From assembly GCA_946965045.2 (NCBI GenBank), contig OX337228.1:1612001-1676000 (forward strand): 64,000 bases of DNA, given 5' to 3'. Made by a program: the position numbers and the translations under genes. Positions 1 through 11,539 of the stretch are shown piece by piece. This DNA is from Epithemia pelagica (taxonomy: Eukaryota > Protista > Bacillariophyta). The first letter of the stretch is position 1, and the number at the start of each line of letters is the position of its first letter. The notes beneath the pieces are model-generated. The model saw only the letters and a program-made list of their open reading frames with translations, had not been told where the DNA came from and did no database searches.

Positions 1-1434
1 ATGGGGAGTTGATGTTTCTGCTTAAAGAAGAAGCTTCCATCGACCAACATCCATCATGGTGGTCCATTGGGATCCATTCGATTGTCTTGGTGGTTCCTTC
101 TCTGCGGTTGTTGCAATTGGTGGTTGGGTCAGAACATTCCAGTTGATTGCCGCATGTCATTGTCGTGGCTCCATGAATCGTAATGCCAGCAGTAACCATG
201 CCCTCTCTCTTCCACTTGATGGCCAGCATCTCGTCCTCATTGAACTCTCCTCTGCACTAGCATCTTGATGTAAGCGAAGGCTTTTCCAAAAGCACCTGTG
301 GGTCCTTGTCGTTGCGGTTTCTCGTCCTATGACAAGTACTCCCTCATGGGTATGTCCAGTGAAGCGTGATGCGAGGGTTTGTGAAATTCCCTTCTGCTAC
401 ATACAGCGCTGTCGTGACCCGGACAAGTGTCCAACAAACTGTTGAGTAAAACTGGTCACTTCTTGTGCTCGTAGGCTATGGTACAGCGATCCTGTGCTGT
501 GGCGCTAGGTTAGGTACTGATCATCAATATTTCTAGGACTTCTTTCTGTCCGGTAATTTTTTCCGATATCCTTAAGTTTGTCCTATAAATTAGGGATTAC
601 GTGGCTTTTCTTCTCTGACGTCTTTCTCGTTTTCGTGTTTCTGATTATGTTGTATACTGTTTATTTCATACTCGTACAGAGACGGACGGACAACCGAGAA
701 TGAATGACGGATGAAGAGCAGGCAACTCCAAGAAGCCAACCGAAGCGCGGAATCATTCTGATTGGTGCGATTGACTCCGACTAGGATTTTTTGTCTCGTC
801 TCTCCCTCCTCAATCGCACGCACGTGCCGCAATGCGCGCACGGTGATGGTGATCCCATACAAGACTGGATCATCCCCCATATTCTCTGAATTTCGCGCGC
901 GTAACCAGCTTCCAACGACCACAACTTTTTCGGGCATCACCCACACTTACGCATCCAAAATCCAAACAACGCCATGGACTAAACTAAAAAGATATCAGAG
1001 ATTTCTCTTGACAAGTGACGCATCAAGGAGAAACTTTTCTCCATACTGTTTGATGTACCATGTGGCAATGATGAGTGATGCGCCTTCCGAAGAGAAAAGA
1101 GAACGTAGGGTGCGCGGCCACATACGGATTGTGCGATAGATATGATAATGTCAGTATTCTCGATTTCCCTTCCCTCCGAAAACATGAGTAATGAACACAC
1201 ATAAATCCAAATAGAAATTTTCTCCAGACAATGCTTAGGCTATCAGGCAAAGATTGGATAAGGATAATGCAATCAAGGTGATCGTCTTAGTATAGGGCAA
1301 GCAGTTAAATAAGTGTCGCAATAGTTGGGCGGGATGCGGCAACGATTGGAAGAATATGGTGTGGTAGGTCTACAAGAAGAAGGAAGTTCCAGGTTGGACA
1401 CATCAATAAGAGTTCATCGACAAAAGGCTTCCTG

Positions 1435-2607
1435 CTATGTGGATGGTTCTTCGTGACATGTTCGGCTGCGTTTGCGCCTGGAACTGTATTCGTCATAAGA
1501 ACTTGTCTGGATAGACTCATCCACCACACATACTGGAGAAGCTTTTCCGGTAGACCGATCGTCTTGGATTACTTCGTCTTCATCGTCCTCCAAAATCTCG
1601 GCCACAGACTTATTTGAGAACTGGAATTCGGATGGAAGCTCTTGACCTTCAAACATGACAGGACACAGCTCTTTGAGCATGTTCCTGGCTTCTCGTACTT
1701 CAGGGGCTTCGGGGAAAAGTCCGGTAACTTCAGCAACACGCTTGAGGAATGTAACTCTAGCATCGTAAGGAAATGGAACCGAATGATGAAGGACCTCAAT
1801 TGCACACAAAATGGAAGCATAGGCAATCATTGATGGCGGGCAAGTGAAAGCAAACTTGGATACACAAACAGAGAGCTCAGCCAAGTATCGTGATACTTCG
1901 TACAGCATTCTCTTGGTTCTTGTGTGCGACTTCAAGTCTCCGGCGATGGACCACATGGGAAGAAGCGAAAAATAATAGGCAATAAATCTCACGTTTGTAG
2001 GAGGGTTTACTCTCCACTTGAGGTCTCCAAGAATTTGGCGTTCCGATGATTCAATAGTTTCCACGGAGAACACTCCTCTGCTGAGTTGAGTAAATGCTTC
2101 AATCTTGAGCTTTCTCCTTGGACTATCTGTGCTTTCTGTGAATCCATGAGTCTTGATTGCAATATAGAGCGAAGTCACTGCCAAAAGTTGGAACTCCTTC
2201 TTGACAACTGGACTTCTAGATTCATCAAACGCCCGTAGTGCAACAGATCGATCAAGGTAGTTCATTGCAATTGAAACAACTTCTCGGTCAAATCCAAAGT
2301 GGTCTACAACCTCGTAACACCACTCACAGAGCTTCCTCCTCCACGCTTCATTTATTCCACCGTCATGATGGCTGTTTGAGTTAGGAGAAGATGATTGCCG
2401 TGAAGATGAGGCCGACAAATAATCCTTACAACAAGGATACGCCTCACACTCTGCGGCGAGGAGGACTTGTATATGCTCCGTGCTTGATTCATGCTCCCTG
2501 ACCTTCCTCTTTCCGGTTTCACAGGGAGAACGGTCGTCTCGAACAGATTCCTCATCGTCCATCGACAACGGACTTGGGGTAACAGCGCATACTTCTTCTC
2601 CCATCAT
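1435..2607 (-). CDS. Cyclin (diatom-expanded cyclin family); start probably MMGEEV at 2607
   Basis: Cyclin-box motifs WRRKLCEWCYEVVDHF, REVVSIAMNYLDRS, FQLLAVTSLYIAIK, ERQILGDLKWRVNPPT; the upstream part of the 509-aa ORF looks non-coding. Confidence 0.9.
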   Translation of the reverse strand: MMGEEVCAVTPSPLSMDDEESVRDDRSPCETGKRKVREHESSTEHIQVLLAAECEAYPCCKDYLSASSSRQSSSPNSNSHHDGGINEAWRRKLCEWCYEVVDHFGFDREVVSIAMNYLDRSVALRAFDESRSPVVKKEFQLLAVTSLYIAIKTHGFTESTDSPRRKLKIEAFTQLSRGVFSVETIESSERQILGDLKWRVNPPTNVRFIAYYFSLLPMWSIAGDLKSHTRTKRMLYEVSRYLAELSVCVSKFAFTCPPSMIAYASILCAIEVLHHSVPFPYDARVTFLKRVAEVTGLFPEAPEVREARNMLKELCPVMFEGQELPSEFQFSNKSVAEILEDDEDEVIQDDRSTGKASPVCVVDESIQTSSYDEYSSRRKRSRTCHEEPST

Positions 2608-4430
2608 CCTCTCCACCAAGATTTTCGTTATGGATAGACAGAGCCCCAGCAACCAATTCCTCGCAGAGAGCACCTGAGTACGTGTAGCCGCCAGGTTTGA
2701 GGAACTCGCCGTAGTACAGGCACCGTAAATTTCTACGGCTGAAAGTTCCAAATTCCCAACCCCCCACAACAGCACGCTACACATTTTGTGTGGTTCGCTT
2801 TCTCCTTGCAGATGTTGACATTCACGCGGTGTCTGAGCGCTGAGGATTCTTCGTGGATATTTTGTTAAATAGAGCAAGGATGGGTGACACCAAACGGATA
2901 TGAATAACATCGGATTGGGGATTTGGTCATGCGTCTGCCGGATGCCGGAGCAACACAAAGACACTTATCATGTCGACATGGACACGTGTGACCTCTTATT
3001 ATTCCTTCTATTTGAAAGCCGCGGGGCAGTGATGGTAACGCATGGCGGCAAGCTCAAAAGCCGACGCTGGCCGGCTGCCACTTCCCATGGAGCTCAATGG
3101 GACCATATTATGCATGGATACAGGACGGATACCTTATCAAGACACAGATCTTTGGATCTTCCGGAATCTGTCAAATATCACAGATCACACAAGCTAAAAT
3201 TTGTAAAAGCCTTCGAGTTTTTTAATGATCACTCGACGTCGTCCGCCCGCTAGATGGTGCCGTGTCCGTAGAAAACAATGATAGAAAGCGTGATAGAGCG
3301 GATACAATAGAAGGAGAAAGGACTGTTCTACGATGTGATTTTGTTGTGCTCCCTTGACATTATTATTTCAAATCTGGCGACAATCCCCAGCAGCACTTCA
3401 CCTGTTTTCTCCCAAGAAAGTATGACGAGTGAGGTTTCGCGGTTCGAGTTTGAGATTGCCATTCAATAGAGGAACAGGAGGCTGTGAGGCTACCCACGCA
3501 GGCAACGTCATGCATGGATCCCTAGCAAATTTCTGAGCTACCTATAGTGTGTGGGGTGTGGGGGCAAAAGACAAGATGAGAAGTGAGAAGACTCCGGAGG
3601 CCAGAGATCCGACATCAAAGCAAAACGTCCGGTAGGTAGCCTTAGGAGTACGAGCATTCTGATGAAACGACCTTGGTCGCACATGCGTATACGTTTCCGC
3701 CATCCCATATCCGACACTCATAATACTCATCCCATTCATGTTGCTATTTTTCTCTATGGCTATTGCCTCTAGGAAGCTTGTATGGGCTATGGCGGTTTGG
3801 CACATGAGAGGATGCGCAGGGAATAGCGCAAATCTTTCTCCAGTACGGCAGAACAGGAAAGGTAAAATTCTACAGTGCCTCGGACCTCGGACCTCGGACG
3901 TTCGAAATCCAAAACGCCGTAGTCGGCTGTCAATGGTCATCAACCATCATCCATCATATGCACCCTCTCCTCTCTCCTCTCCTTTACATGGTTCTTTTTC
4001 TGACGACGACAGACGACACACCACACTTTTTCGTCGAAAGATCCACCTTAGTCCTTAGTGTCAGACTTCCTACTTCCGCCGGTACCAACTCCTATGTTCT
4101 ATTGTTGCAGTTTGTGTATTGTTTATCCTGTTTCTTGTATTCTTCCTTCACGTCTTGCTAATTTTCTTGGTCCGACTTCCAGAGAGGCAAAGTGTTCCAA
4201 GTGTTCATTATCGAATCCTTTGGTGCCAAGATTGAGCTGACTGTTATTTTGAGAGACAACATGAAAAATAATGAAACACACTTGAGCTCACTTGCAAAGT
4301 TAAAACACAAGTAGGCTCCGCCTGTTATTGTTCATGCTCCATTATGCGGATGCAAATGGATTGAATCAGTGAGATCTGGATCTCGTATTTGGCGGCATGC
4401 GAAAGCACATGGCAGAGTAGCTCTTGATGA

Positions 4431-4760
4431 GGGCTGGTCTTATCTTTCAGATTTATCGCATCGCATCGCAATTTTCTTGCGTGGTCTGACGTGGAGCCCC
4501 AAAATTGCGATAATCGCGATAGCGCAATTTTTTTTGAAAAAAAAAGTTGTCGCATTATCGCAATTTATCGCATCGAGAAATGCCTTGTGAAAGTATGGGG
4601 GGAAGCTGAGGGATGGTGGGGGGATGGTGGGGGGACGTGCGATTTGAATCGCATGACTATATTTTCGCATGGACCCTCGTTTTTCGCAATGAAAATTAGG
4701 CGTTATTCTTGGCGTTAAACTGCGATGCGATGCGAAAAATCCTGAAGATAAGACCAACCC
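4431..4760. mobile_element. PIF/Harbinger-type (Tourist-like) MITE, 330 bp
   Basis: About 44-bp imperfect TIRs (left GGGCTGGTCTTATCT.., right reverse complement GGGTTGGTCTTATCT..); 3-bp TSD TGA at 4428-4430 and 4761-4763; interior rich in ATCGCA/TGCGAT motifs; no ORF. Confidence 0.88.
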
Positions 4761-5106
4761 TGAAGTTAGGTAGCATGTAGTAGCATGCTTTGGATCCTAA
4801 CGCACGTGGCGAACACGTGCACCACCATGCCATTCTCTGAAAATAGATGCATCCAATGCGATAGCGCCAAGCTCCAAGCGACTGAATACTGGGAAAAGTC
4901 GCATATCTGCTGACGTACGCGTGCGGTCGTTTCTCGTGACTCGGACAAAAGAGACAGAAATAGGTGAGGGTGACCGAGATGGAGGAGGTTCTCGATTGGA
5001 GTAGGTGTAGTTCTTCATAGGAGTATTTGGCTTCATGGTCGAGACGCCATAAGACGAAAAACAAGAACAAATCGAGTTCATTGCCATACCAGATAGCGAA
5101 GAGTAG

Positions 5107-8100
5107 ATGACGGCGTCACCCCGTAACATTCAAACGCTTGCCTCTTCAGATTTGCCTCGCGATGTCGAGACATTACGAGTGATCTTTTGTGAGCTCCTAG
5201 AGGTTGAAGAATCATCGACCGATTCGGCGACCTTGCTGTTGAGTTCGTCTGGAAGCAATGGGGATGCCGATACGACTTCCAACGACATATCAGTAGTTCT
5301 TTTGGTTTCAATGGTTGAAGAAAATCCATTTCCCACCATGGCATCGCTTGTGGTAGAGGAAGCTGTCATTGCTCGTTCAATTAACAGCCCATTGACTTTG
5401 CGTGATACGGTCAGTGATCATACCATTGCTTTGGTCCAGCTTTCGATGGCGACCATTGTTGCTCTCCCTCCAAGGCTCCTCGATTCTTTGGCCGGAAGAA
5501 GATCACTGGGCGTAAAACTTTATCATTTAGGGAAAGAGAACAGAGTTGGTCATCGTTCCCGACCCACCTTAACTGTCCAAACATTGCAAAAAGGATTGAC
5601 GACTCCTCAAAAATTACCAGACAAATCTACCCTCCCTCGAAAGATACCCACGCTGGTGACAAAAATTATGACCCAGAACAATCAATATGAAACGTTTTAT
5701 CTCAATTCAACGGAAGCTCAAGAGTTCGAGACCGATCTCTTTAAAGGCAAAATATTGATTCTTATCAAGCCCCCGAAACCGGAGGATGACCCCTACTGGA
5801 CGGAAAAACTATTTTCAAAGAAACAACGACGAATCGTTGTCCAATGCCAGGGAAAATTCAAGAAAAAGCCTCAAGGTCAAGTCTATCTTGGAGGGGAGAC
5901 CTACCAACTCAAATTGGGTCTTTTGACGAGAGGCATTACAGGCATTTTGCTACGCTTTATCGAAAGCTTTACATCCACTGTTGTTTACTCCTATGGAGAC
6001 AAGAAGGAAAAAGGAGAAGATGTGCCTCGCATTGTTGTGCCAGCTCATGTGGGTTTTGATCGCATCCACATTACACCCGAAGGACAAGAACCACCACCAG
6101 TTACGCACGAGCCCTTTTTTGAATCGCAAGAAGATAGGGAGAAACGAAAAAAGATCAAAGAATGGGATTGGAACACATCGAGCACGTACTCATTCACTTT
6201 TTACACCATGTACTTTAATTTTGCTGAGTGGAAGCTGGCGAGTTTGCCCGTAGCGTCGGGTATGGATTTGTCCTCGTTTTGGGGCGACTCGCCCCTGCGA
6301 ATCGTTGTTTACGAAAATGAAAGCAACAAAAAGAAGCAGCACCTGATGAAGGACAATCGCTACCATTTTGTGTTTCAAATGAAATACAAGGGGCAGCCGG
6401 ACACCCTTGAAGACGGCTCAATTGCCTTCAAGCGGTCAACCAGCCAAGTCATTGCCCAGCCTCCTGACACTCCACTCAGAGCCGACGAAGACGAAGGAGA
6501 GGAAGCTTTCAGGCGTCGAAGCCAAGCGATGGAGCTTGTAACATCACAGTTGCAGGAAGAGCCTATATCGGATGACGACGATTATGAGTTTCATGACGCG
6601 GCGGAGAATGAAGAAGACGGCAATCTTGATTCAATCAGTCTGTCTTCATTATCAGTTGCTCCCGCATCCGAAATCAACCTGAAAGCCATCAACAATAAAA
6701 TACCTGCGTGGATCGAGATGGCCTCTCCTGGCCGCGGTAGTTACACAAAGTACTTCGCTATTAATGTGAGTTCAACCGAGAATGACGGAACCAAGACAAT
6801 TTTGCGCTCCAAGTCCGACTGCGACACGTTGCTTGATCAAAGTGGCTTGCGTACCAGAGCAACGGCCTTTGTTTCTCGATCTTTCTCTCCGCTCTTGTCG
6901 TCGACGGAGAAGCGACGTCGAATGCTTGCCTATGTGTTGTACAAGGAAGAAATGCGAGCTACCAAGTCTACGATGGACACATTTGTGAAAGCGGAGAATC
7001 TGTTTCTGAGACGACCCAGACCAGATGCACAGAGTGGCACATCCAATGTGCTTCTTTCTGGATATATCGCTCGGGCTGTTAGTGATCGTGACTGGGTGGA
7101 GGAGTGGGCCACTCTGGACAGCAGCGGAATACTCAACTTTCGCCGCACCGACAAGAAAACCAGAAGCTTCGGCATCCGTGCCTCTTCCATTCTCTCGGTA
7201 AATGCTTTGTACGATGAAAGCTGTCCGGTATTTTTTGGTTACTCATTTCTTTCTATCGAGTCGATCGGACGAACCGTATACCTAATGTTCCGCGATTCTG
7301 TGCAACGGGATGCATGGTATTCAGCATTATTCGAAAGGACGGAACTCAGAGCTCCAGGAAATGACTTCCAACTATATAGCGTGGACATGCCAGCACAAGA
7401 GTATACGCACAATAGCTCTGTTTGGGATTGCAAGAAGAGAAGGGTTTACAATCGTGCCATGTTTGCTTTTCACGTGGAAGGCGAACAGGGGCGCCTCTTT
7501 GGTGACCCATTGGCTCTGGTTGCCACGACGCTGCAACTGGCCGTGGATTGTATCAACGACGATGAGTCGGTCGTCAAGAGGCATCAGTTTTTGAAGTCCG
7601 CTTCCTTGCTCAAGTTGGTTGATCTGGATCCGCTTTCCGAGAATGAACGTGTGGTATTCTTTCTGAATTTGTATCACACCATGTTGATGCATGGCTTCTT
7701 AATTCTTGGACCACCATCTACCAGCCTGAATTTCATGGTCTTGTTCAAGGAGGTTGCGTACGAGGTGGGGGATGAATTGGTGTCGCTGGCCGAACTGGAA
7801 CATTGCATAATACGAGCCGAAATGGCGCATCCAGCTATTTTCTTGTCCTGGTTCGTCATCCCCAAAACCTCCTACCGACGCCTGGCCTTGCGCACACACG
7901 ACTTCCGCATCAATTTCGCCCTCAATAGCGGATCCATCAGCAGTCCTTCACAGGTCATCCTATATACACCCGAGAACCTGGAGGAGCAACTCGACGCCGC
8001 AACCAGGTTAGGTATGAAATCCATCTGGGTATCCAAGTTACCGGGAGCTCGTGACGTTGTGGTTACCTTGCCTCGCGTGTGCCAGTGGTTTGCACAAGAC

Positions 8101-8280
8101 TATGGTAAACCTGTCGATATGATCACCAAACTGGCTCCCTATTTCAAACCAGACGATCTTGAGAAACTGCGAAACACAGCCTGGTCACCGACCAAGAACG
8201 CCTATGATATGAGTTTCATCACGATCAAATACGAAGATTTCTTGTTCGAGTGCCGACCACTTTCACTGACAGAAAGATAA
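5107..8280 (+). CDS. Multidomain protein: DUF1769 (Duc1-like) + PH-like + DUF547-like
   Basis: 1057-aa ORF; FETDLFKGKILILIK..QCQGKFKK (DUF1769-like); WVEEWATL..FRDSVQRDAWYSAL (PH-like); FFLNLYHTMLMHG..LEHCIIR..FRINFALNSGSISSP (DUF547-like). Confidence 0.75.
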   Translation: MTASPRNIQTLASSDLPRDVETLRVIFCELLEVEESSTDSATLLLSSSGSNGDADTTSNDISVVLLVSMVEENPFPTMASLVVEEAVIARSINSPLTLRDTVSDHTIALVQLSMATIVALPPRLLDSLAGRRSLGVKLYHLGKENRVGHRSRPTLTVQTLQKGLTTPQKLPDKSTLPRKIPTLVTKIMTQNNQYETFYLNSTEAQEFETDLFKGKILILIKPPKPEDDPYWTEKLFSKKQRRIVVQCQGKFKKKPQGQVYLGGETYQLKLGLLTRGITGILLRFIESFTSTVVYSYGDKKEKGEDVPRIVVPAHVGFDRIHITPEGQEPPPVTHEPFFESQEDREKRKKIKEWDWNTSSTYSFTFYTMYFNFAEWKLASLPVASGMDLSSFWGDSPLRIVVYENESNKKKQHLMKDNRYHFVFQMKYKGQPDTLEDGSIAFKRSTSQVIAQPPDTPLRADEDEGEEAFRRRSQAMELVTSQLQEEPISDDDDYEFHDAAENEEDGNLDSISLSSLSVAPASEINLKAINNKIPAWIEMASPGRGSYTKYFAINVSSTENDGTKTILRSKSDCDTLLDQSGLRTRATAFVSRSFSPLLSSTEKRRRMLAYVLYKEEMRATKSTMDTFVKAENLFLRRPRPDAQSGTSNVLLSGYIARAVSDRDWVEEWATLDSSGILNFRRTDKKTRSFGIRASSILSVNALYDESCPVFFGYSFLSIESIGRTVYLMFRDSVQRDAWYSALFERTELRAPGNDFQLYSVDMPAQEYTHNSSVWDCKKRRVYNRAMFAFHVEGEQGRLFGDPLALVATTLQLAVDCINDDESVVKRHQFLKSASLLKLVDLDPLSENERVVFFLNLYHTMLMHGFLILGPPSTSLNFMVLFKEVAYEVGDELVSLAELEHCIIRAEMAHPAIFLSWFVIPKTSYRRLALRTHDFRINFALNSGSISSPSQVILYTPENLEEQLDAATRLGMKSIWVSKLPGARDVVVTLPRVCQWFAQDYGKPVDMITKLAPYFKPDDLEKLRNTAWSPTKNAYDMSFITIKYEDFLFECRPLSLTER

Positions 8281-8397
8281 CGAAGATGGGTCGATAGATA
8301 GAGATGTAACATATTGGATCATTTGTTCCATTCCAGGTGGCCTATATTTTCGTTCATTCCTGCAACAGGAGCAAATGAAACAGGAGCAAAAAATGCA

Positions 8398-9666
8398 CTA
8401 GGACGTCACGTGGATTCGTTGCCCTTGGCTTTTGGAGCGACGTCGACAGGCTTTGCAACTCAGCCCCCCGCCGACGGAACTGGGGTATAATGCAACGGTT
8501 CGTTTTCCACAGACACTGCACAGCGCTCCCACCGCTTGAGAGGGAGCTGGAGGTACCGTCGGCGCATCTAGATTGCGCGCCAAGGGCGGTTCAACCACTG
8601 GTGACTGCAATTGATCGGTTGATGCTCGAGTGGGATGCTGTTGTTCTTGTTGCAGTTGAATTGTTGCTACGACTGAAGTTTTTTGCATGTCCTGCGACAA
8701 GGCTCGCCGAAAGGCCTCTTCCCATGCGGCTGTCGCACATATCCCATTGTCGCAATTGGCATCCCAACATACAAATTTGTTGTTGTTCGTTTCGGTCATA
8801 AATGGTGCCTTTGGTCTTGGGGACGGTGAGTTTAGTCCATTCGTGGTTCCATCTCGTGGTGAAGATGTTAACGAGAGGGAAAAGGATGACGTTGCGTTGC
8901 ACGGAATGCATGCCGTGGCCCGAATTGACGCTTGCGCCGCTTGCAAGAGTCTGCAACAGGTTTCCCAATCGGGTTCCCCACCGGCGATAGCATTCCATCG
9001 TGCCACACGAGCGCGTTCCAATGCCCATGCATCCTTTGCTGTCTTACTTTGTCCAACGCATTGGTTCACGATTCGTTCTGCCTCCTGCAGCGGTGTCCTC
9101 CCGTGACGGTCCACGGCCAAGAGAGCTTGCGTCAAGGACTGTCGTTGTCCATGGGAATCCAACAACAGTTGGACCGCCAAGGGGCGGCCGCCCGATACGG
9201 CCTTGTGCAAAGGTGATTGTTCATCGCCGAAACTGGAATCACCGACCAGAATATTGCATTCCGGAAGTTGTAACAACAAGTGCATTGTCGCCACCGCTCC
9301 AGAGAAACTAGCTCGATGAAGTGGAGTCGCCGTTCGCATGTGTTTTGTGGTTTCATCACCATTCTTGTTAGGAGTGTATCCATTGGGATTGACTCCAGCG
9401 GCCAACAGGGCAGCCGTAGCTGGTACGTGACCATGTTGAGCTGCCAAATGCAATGGAGTGTTCCCAGCCGAATCTCGTTTCTCATGAATGGAAGTGGTGG
9501 TTGGTGTGCCATTGTTGTTGTTAATGCGACGCATCAACGAGTGAACATCGCCATATTCAGCCGCAGTAAACGAAGACAAGACCATGGGAAGCTTTTTGCA
9601 CGGACAAGACGGCTTACCACCGTCAAGGTGGTTGTTGCTGTTCTGGACGTTGTTCGTTGCTTTCAT
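8398..9666 (-). CDS. Ankyrin-repeat protein with C-terminal Cys motif
   Basis: GNTPLHLAAQHGH, ATPLHRASFSG, QSPLHKAVSGG, GRTPLQEA; C-terminal CSVC..CKAC. Confidence 0.85.
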   Translation of the reverse strand: MKATNNVQNSNNHLDGGKPSCPCKKLPMVLSSFTAAEYGDVHSLMRRINNNNGTPTTTSIHEKRDSAGNTPLHLAAQHGHVPATAALLAAGVNPNGYTPNKNGDETTKHMRTATPLHRASFSGAVATMHLLLQLPECNILVGDSSFGDEQSPLHKAVSGGRPLAVQLLLDSHGQRQSLTQALLAVDRHGRTPLQEAERIVNQCVGQSKTAKDAWALERARVARWNAIAGGEPDWETCCRLLQAAQASIRATACIPCNATSSFSLSLTSSPRDGTTNGLNSPSPRPKAPFMTETNNNKFVCWDANCDNGICATAAWEEAFRRALSQDMQKTSVVATIQLQQEQQHPTRASTDQLQSPVVEPPLARNLDAPTVPPAPSQAVGALCSVCGKRTVALYPSSVGGGLSCKACRRRSKSQGQRIHVTS

Positions 9667-9827
9667 CGTGGTGGGAATGGGGATGCACTGATTTTCTGAA
9701 ACGTTGATGAGACATACACTGACAAATAGGCTCGCTTCAATCAGTCATTTCGTATCTATCAAGTATCAAGGTAACATGGAGAATGGAGAAGCGACAACTA
9801 CCGTAGAAGGTATCGACGGTCTCCATA

Positions 9828-9914
9828 TTATATGCGACTGATGTGGACAGGAGCGATTATATGCGACTGATATGGACTGGAGCGATTATATGCGACTGAT
9901 GTGGACTGGAGCGA
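9828..9914. repeat. Tandem repeat, 3 x 29 bp
   Basis: Unit TTATATGCGACTGATRTGGACWGGAGCGA starting at 9828, 9857 and 9886. Confidence 0.95.
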
Positions 9915-10493
9915 CCGAAGTGCTGTAACCCGATGACGGATTGACCGAAAAATGAAAAATGGGACCAACATAAAACAATAACTCACTTGAAGAGAAAATG
10001 TTCCGAAAACTTCTACTCCCTACAAAACTCTAACGACTACTAGTCATAATCGTATAATCGTACTCCCCCATGATTTGTTGATGGATTAAGACGAAAGCAA
10101 CAGAACTAATGCAAGCGACAAGCAAGAAGACGAGGTAGTGATAGTAATGCTCACGAATTCAGTTTGTTCAGGTTGCCCTAATGTCGGAGTAACAAAGACA
10201 GTTTAGTGTTTGTAAATGTACAAAAGTTATAGGAGTAATAACAACAGGGTTCTGTTTGGGATAGCGTAGTTTTGCATGATGTTGCTAGCGATTTTCGTAT
10301 CTTGGGGACGGCCAAGTCGGTTTTCTTGAAGCAAGGAGTCTCTCTTGATCACTGTAAGTTTTAGCGTAGCGTTGTGATACTCCGTTTGACCTTTTTCTAC
10401 TGAAAAGGCCAGAGACTCTTGTACGTTGCTCGAGGGGGATGAACTTGGACGAATCACCCGCCATGATTGTACAAAACAATCAATCCATTGCCT

Positions 10494-11278
10494 TTATGCC
10501 GCCGTGGCTGGTCTTGGATTTGAAAGGATTAAGGATAGAACATTCGTCAAGAAATCGTTTAGGTAGAGACTGGCTTCATGGGTATGGTGTTCATTATCTT
10601 GACAGGGGCAGCCTCGGTCTTGCAACACAAACATGATAGTGCTCAAGAGGTTTTCAAAGCAGTGACGAGCTTGTTCATGGTTCCCGAGCTTGGCATGAAG
10701 ATAGCCAAGATTATTCACCATTGCCATTGTTTGGAGCAGGGTCGTATTGATGGATTCTTCATGCATTTGGACTGAGTATGCCATTTCGAGGAATCAGTGG
10801 CTTCTTCGTGGAGTGCATGCAGGTGGTATGTCATGGCCAAGTTGAACACCAATACAAACGCAAGGGATACCAAATCATCGTGACGTTGTCTTGGAGGTGG
10901 AGATGACGGTGAGGAAGGAGGTCTTGGGAGGGAAATAGCAATGGGCTTGTCAAAGACGTAGTGTTCGCTGCTTCGATCAGAGACACATTCCTTGGATCGG
11001 GCCTCAATACCATTCTTGAGGTCTCGAAAATGAAGGACAGGTGTTGATGGTTCATACTGCTGCTGGGGACATCCGCACATCTTGATGTCCTCATCGTCGG
11101 CCATACAGTTGCAACAGGTACATCCACCATTGGCATCTTCCGCATGTGTGAGCTCCCCCTTAATCAACCCCAGCGCCTTGGAAATGCGTTCAATCGCAAC
11201 GTCGTAACAACCCGCATCCAAGGAGTCCAATCCTTCATTATTCAATGCAACAGCACAATACGTCGGAGAAGAGTTCAT
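10494..11278 (-). pseudogene. TPR-like helical protein of a diatom-expanded family, split by a frameshift near 10785
   Basis: Two overlapping frames: VALNNEG..LVFNLAMTYHLHAL (187 aa) and MAYSVQ..MVNNLGYLHAKLGNHEQARHCFENLL (96 aa); no obvious GT-AG intron at the switch. Confidence 0.6.
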
Positions 11279-11539
11279 GTTGTTGATATCGCAAGTAATA
11301 TGAAAATTTTTTGCCCAGGGACACGAAGTGTCCCTTCAGGGACACATGTCCCTGCGCAGGGGAGGAGGAGATGGACGCCCGCCCTCTTCTGGCCTAACTA
11401 ATTTCTGCCTGTCGAGATCTCGCGCCCAAGTGGAGCCAAAACCGCCACATTTCCACAAATCTCCTCGCGGTTCAAATCTCTCCACCTGAACAATCAAACC
11501 GTTTAGAGTTTTGAGTGTGTACTGCTGCTGTCATCCAAC

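Noticed and set aside
1-1300. Short ORFs and CpG-poor sequence as a gene or TE relic
   Set aside because: No recognisable motif, repeat boundary or TSD.
2608-2964. N-terminal 118 aa of the cyclin ORF
   Set aside because: Starts at a non-ATG codon and reads like UTR/promoter; MMGEEV is the more plausible start.
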